Positions 28,307-31,834 of a stretch of DNA of 31,834 nt are shown here, piece by piece (position 1 is the stretch's first letter; each line of letters starts with the position of its first letter). The stretch is from the NCBI GenBank assembly GCA_031362565.1, contig JANLSU010000096.1, positions 1 to 31,834 of the forward strand. The letters are read 5' to 3'. The notes beneath the pieces were generated by a model that was not told the DNA's origin, did not search any database, and saw nothing but the letters and a program-made list of their open reading frames with translations. Source of the stretch: a bacterium. Lineage in GTDB: Bacteria; Krumholzibacteriota; Krumholzibacteriia; G020349025. The position numbers and the translations under genes are program-made.

Positions 28307-29026
28307 TCACGATGGTCGAAATGCGGGATCTGGCTTCTTGCCCTTGCCTTCCGGGTGCAGAGTCGTAACGATACCTTCCAGCGTGGTCGACAAACGCCGC
28401 CAGGCTTCGAGCATTTCGGTATCTCGCACGCACGGGATTGCGATCAGCTGGTTGGCGAAACCGTGGTGCTGCTCCATCGCTACCCGGTGGCGCTCATACA
28501 TGATCCGCGCTTCAGCATCGGTCGGATTCAAGGTCATACAGAGTTCGTAGAAGAAGGCCGGGACCGCCAGGAGCCACATGATCAGCTGCCAGTCGTCGAC
28601 GACGCCCCAGATATCGACCGCCGTCGCTCCGTTGAGTGGCAGGTCGGCGTCGTGAACAATCCGCTGACGTCGCTTAGCCAGCTGCACGAGTGTCGGGTAT
28701 AGGCTGCGGAAAGGTACCGGATCAATTCCCATCCAAGTTAGCGCCTTTTCCAAGTCCGAACGTCCCGAAAACGTGAACGAGCGCTTGTTCACCGGTACCT
28801 GGCTCCGGAGCATGTCCTCGAATGTGGCGTGGAGGAACACGACGACCATTCGGAGAAGATCGGCGCGCACGCCTTCGCTCCGAAAGATCTCGTCCTGCTT
28901 CAGCGCGTCGTTCGTGCTAAGCAGCTGCATTAACCCGTGGATGCGGTTCATGTTGAAGGTGAACCGGGTCTTCAGCTTCTTCGCTCGTGCTGTCACGTGA
29001 GGTGGCCACTTATCCTCGGATTCCAT
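28307..29026 (-). CDS. HEPN-domain protein (RiboL-PSP-like), putative RNase
   Basis: N-terminal helix DLLRMVVVFLHATFEDMLR and an R-x4-H motif RQRIVH; sequence looks all-helical. Confidence 0.7.
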   Translation of the reverse strand: MESEDKWPPHVTARAKKLKTRFTFNMNRIHGLMQLLSTNDALKQDEIFRSEGVRADLLRMVVVFLHATFEDMLRSQVPVNKRSFTFSGRSDLEKALTWMGIDPVPFRSLYPTLVQLAKRRQRIVHDADLPLNGATAVDIWGVVDDWQLIMWLLAVPAFFYELCMTLNPTDAEARIMYERHRVAMEQHHGFANQLIAIPCVRDTEMLEAWRRLSTTLEGIVTTLHPEGKGKKPDPAFRPS

Positions 29027-29131
29027 CGCCAATCCTATCAAGCTGACGCCCGCGCGACCACCCGCACAGTAGGCTGGGCCGCCGGAAAGCCGTGCACGCG
29101 GTCGGCACGCTTTGGTTCTCGCCTTCGCGTC

Positions 29132-29572
29132 CTAGGGATTCCCGTAGAGCTGCTTCGCATTGCTCCAGCTCTTGTTCTCAGTAGCCGTCGGCTTGCATGT
29201 GTACGTAATCGTGAAGTCCGCCGGCCGGCCGCCGCTTCCGGTGCCTCCTACCTGAGTGATGGAGAGCGGTTGCGGGCATCCTTGGAAATCAAGAACGTGG
29301 TGCGCCCCTTGTTGTGGTGGGCCTTCCCATAGGACTGCGCCATCGCAAATGACGAGAGAACTTCGATAGGGTGAATCGGCTGGTACCGTGGCAACCAAGC
29401 CAGGGGCTTGAAGAACAAGAGCCGAGATGTCACTCGCGAAGTTATGAACGATGAGATCTAGACGACCTTCGGACACGACGAACTCCCACGCTTCCGCTCG
29501 CGCTGCTCGTGGTAGCGACGAACCTAACACACCTACCACTGCGATGGACGATAGCCGCTTCCAATACCGCAT
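29132..29572 (-). CDS. Small secreted protein with C-terminal SWSNAKQLYG tail
   Basis: Own AAGGAG RBS and ATG 29572; signal peptide MRYWKRLSSIAVVGVLGSSLPRAARA; ends PTATENKSWSNAKQLYGNP. Confidence 0.75.
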   Translation of the reverse strand: MRYWKRLSSIAVVGVLGSSLPRAARAEAWEFVVSEGRLDLIVHNFASDISALVLQAPGLVATVPADSPYRSSLVICDGAVLWEGPPQQGAHHVLDFQGCPQPLSITQVGGTGSGGRPADFTITYTCKPTATENKSWSNAKQLYGNP

Positions 29573-29710
29573 AGCGTTCTCCTTGGGCTGTTGAGGCGAA
29601 CAGTCTATCACGTCGCTGTGCCGCACGACGCCCGTGCTCCACCATGGGCGAGAATGTCTATCGGCTGCTCGGCCGTGTGATGCTCCAGTTGCGGGGGACG
29701 GTCGGCGATG

Positions 29711-30415
29711 TGACCAAGTCGCACCCTCGTACGCATCGTGAGGCGGAGGCACCAGCGGGAATCGGAGAGCCACGCGCACAACCTGTGGTTTCGAATTCTT
29801 CTTCACCGCTCCGTTGCAAGTCTTGCAGAGTGGTTGGAGATTCGCGAGCGCTGCATCTCCAGTTGGGTCGATATGGTCCATAGTCACCTGATTGAGTGAG
29901 AGAGACTTCTTGCAGCCGAAGCACGAACGACCGTACGCGTCCCACACGAGCTTCTTCATCCACCTTGGCACGGAGCGACGCCTGCCCTCTCCCAACCCTT
30001 CAAAGTAAAGGTCGAACGGCATGGCGTTGACGTAAGCGTCGTCATCCTCGTATGAAAACTCATGCGTCCTGAAGAATCCTCGACACTGAACCGGCGGGAA
30101 GCCGCGGCGGATGCGGCGAATCTCCTCTCGAGTCACCCCGAAGACCTTGAGGTCCGGCTCCCAACTGGAGGTCGATACTTCTGGGAAACGGTGGCTTCGT
30201 GGCCCCTCAAAGAATCGACCTTCGTACGCCCAGCAATCCGCACACGTCGGAACGAGAACCTGGACCTCGAGCTGTTCAAGAAAACCAAGCTTCTTGCGGC
30301 GAATGCCGGCGAGTCTATGGAACGCATCCCGGAGTTGTTGCGAGTGCCAATCGTGGGCAATGCCGCGGAGTGCATGGCGGGTGGACGCGCTGGGCTCATA
30401 TGGTGAGTCTGCCAT
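29711..30415 (-). CDS. HNH endonuclease; no stop codon, reads in frame through to 29132
   Basis: RRSVPRWMKKLVWDAYGRSCFGC...TMDHIDP...NLQPLCKTCN, an McrA-like HNH with a zinc site. The 3' boundary is inferred. Confidence 0.7.
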
Positions 30416-30529
30416 CTTGTGCTCACTCGGCACAGGAGTGGAACCTAGAGAGGGGCCAGAAGTGGCCCTCTTCCTTGAGCGAAAAGCGTAACGTCGACGA
30501 TTTAGGCCGGACAAAGACTATCACCAGCC

Positions 30530-30630
30530 TGCGTATGAAACCCCTTCAGAATCGACCCTCGAAAACCGCAGGAATTGACAGGTTTTTGAGCCTGCGGTAC
30601 GGTGCGTATAAAGGTGTAAGTTTATGCGCA
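30530..30630 (+). promoter_or_regulatory. Promoter and putative res/operator sites of the resolvase unit
   Basis: TTGACA (30575-30580), 17 nt, TACGGT (30598-30603). Inverted repeat TGCGTATAAA-N8-TTTATGCGCA at 30603-30630, and a related half-site TGCGTATGAAA at 30530-30540. Confidence 0.6.
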
Positions 30631-30833
30631 GCCATTCTTCAGGGATCCTCCAGCATCAAAGCGTCTGCCACCATGCACGACGTCGCGGCACCGTCTGCCT
30701 CGATTGCGAGTGTTGGGCCATCATCTCGTGCTCCTGCGGCACGACGGTGCTCAATGTGGGCGTCCGTCCCACTACTCCCCCTCGCCGCTGTGCAGCGTGC
30801 GGAAGTCCGTACCCCTGGACACGGGGGGCGTGA
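30624..30833 (+). CDS. Small Cys-rich (zinc-ribbon-like) protein coupled to the resolvase
   Basis: CLDC, CSC and CAAC motifs; AAGGT upstream; the stop overlaps the resolvase start (TGATG). Confidence 0.45.
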   Translation: MRSHSSGILQHQSVCHHARRRGTVCLDCECWAIISCSCGTTVLNVGVRPTTPPRRCAACGSPYPWTRGA

Positions 30834-31357
30834 TGGCGGCGCGCAAGGGCAGTCGGAAGCGCTGCGTCATCTACGCGCGCGTCTCAACGCGCGACCAAGA
30901 GCCAAAGACCCAATTGCGCGAGCTCGATCGCGTCGCGAAGGCGCGTGGCCTCCTCGTCACACACAGGCTCATCGAGTTCGAAGGGGGCGCGAAGGTTGAC
31001 CGGCCACAACTGAAGCTGCTCATGGACCTCGCGCGCCGGCGAGAGATCGACGTCGTTCTGGTCTGGCGATTCGATCGCTTCGTCCGTTCTGTCCAGCAAC
31101 TACTCGACGCGTTGACGAATTTCCGTTCGTGGGGCGTGGACTTCATCAGCCTCAACGACCCCGTCGACACGACCTCGGCCGCCGGCGAGCTCGTGTTCAC
31201 GATCTTCGCGGCGATCGCCGCCTTCGAGCGCCAGCTGATCGGCGACCGGGTACGCGCTGGCCTTGCTCGAGCTCGAGAAGAAGGCAAGCACCTCGGCCGG
31301 CCAGCCCTCTCGTCGGACGAAATAGCGGCCATTCGCCAGCTTCACCGGCAAGGGTGA
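30833..31357 (+). pseudogene. Serine recombinase (resolvase/invertase) truncated by IS21 insertion
   Basis: YARVST catalytic Ser, DRPQL, VWRFDRFVRS, DTTSAAG, AAFER..I.DRV.AGL..AR..GK.LGRP. It ends at the start of the HTH, with the TGA supplied by the IS end. Confidence 0.85.
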
Positions 31358-31834
31358 GTATTCCGGCCATCATGATCACCTGTTCCGGCGCATCATGATC
31401 AGCGATTCCGGTGATCGTGATCACTCGTCGGAGCGAAGCGACGAATGTTCGGTCTCCGGTGCCTCGATTCCTTCCTAGGTTTCGGGTTTAGTCCGGGTCA
31501 TTATGCACGTCCCGGCGCCCGACGTCATGCCGCCGCCTTCCGAGTCCGCTTGGCGGCCGCGTCGGGATCGCGCATGGACTGCCCGTTGAGATCGATCCGG
31601 TGTGCACCGTGGACCAGCCGGTCGCAGATGGCATCGGCGAGCGTTGGCTCGCCGACGGCCTCATGCCAAGACTTCACCGGGACCTGCGTCGCGACCAGTG
31701 TCGAAGTGCGCCCGTACCGATCTTCGATCACCTCCAGCAAGTCGCGTCGCTCCGAGTCCTTGAGCGGATGCAGCATCCAATCGTCGATAGCCAAGAGGTC
31801 CGTCTTCGCGATCTTTGCAAGCAATCGACTGTAG
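31355..31834 (-). mobile_element. IS21-family insertion sequence, right end (continues beyond the window)
   Basis: Terminus TGAGTATTCCGG followed by three roughly 22-bp repeats TTCCGG..ATC(A/G)TGATCA at 31361, 31383 and 31406; the istB 3' end lies inside. Confidence 0.92.
31525..31834 (-). CDS. istB: IS21 helper ATPase, C-terminal part
   Basis: DLLAIDDW (Walker B), DLLEVIEDRY..TSTLVATQ.P...W, ADAICDRLVHGAHRIDL.G.SMR. Confidence 0.95.
   Translation of the reverse strand, partial: YSRLLAKIAKTDLLAIDDWMLHPLKDSERRDLLEVIEDRYGRTSTLVATQVPVKSWHEAVGEPTLADAICDRLVHGAHRIDLNGQSMRDPDAAAKRTRKAAA

Noticed and set aside
27995..29710. Integron-like cassette array in the right-hand variable region
   Set aside because: No RYYYAAC...GTTRRRY attC-type palindromes or shared repeats were found by eye in the spacers, and there is no integron integrase.
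30449..30471. GC-rich hairpin AGAGGGGCCA-GAAG-TGGCCCTCT
   Set aside because: No U-tract and no gene ending there; function cannot be supported.
30601..30630. GGTGCGTATAA resembles the XerC arm of the E. coli dif site
   Set aside because: No XerD arm (TTATGTTAAAT) after a 6-bp spacer; the symmetry and position fit a resolvase site better.
31361..31424. Three ~22-bp repeats resembling a mini CRISPR or iteron array
   Set aside because: No unique spacers; they are the multiple transposase-binding repeats typical of IS21 ends, next to istB.

Overview
GC-rich bacterial chromosomal window. The secreted-protein types suggest an FCB-group candidate lineage such as Eisenbacteria, Krumholzibacteriota or Latescibacterota; this is an inference. 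Almost all real genes are on the minus strand. The core is a PyrR-attenuated pyrimidine operon (pyrR, pyrB, pyrC, TPR lipoprotein, pyrK, pyrD, a fused pyrF-pyrE, and an ImmA/IrrE-like gene), followed by tsaD and a class A beta-lactamase. Three accessory segments interrupt it. (1) A block of about 7.6 kb with four secreted-protein genes and no integrase, bracketed by two diverged copies of the tsaD 5' end. (2) An AAA_14/DUF4143 ATPase-nuclease, a nucleotidyltransferase and a small protein, in a segment flanked by two different tandem palindromic arrays that both have a 32-bp period. (3) A variable region upstream of pyrR with small secreted proteins, a HEPN protein, an HNH nuclease and a serine resolvase cut by an IS21 element. 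Three unrelated secreted proteins share a C-terminal W-S-x-x-K-x-x-[YF] tail that may be a sorting signal. No tRNA, rRNA or CRISPR array was seen. All calls come from reading motifs by eye; no database searches were run.
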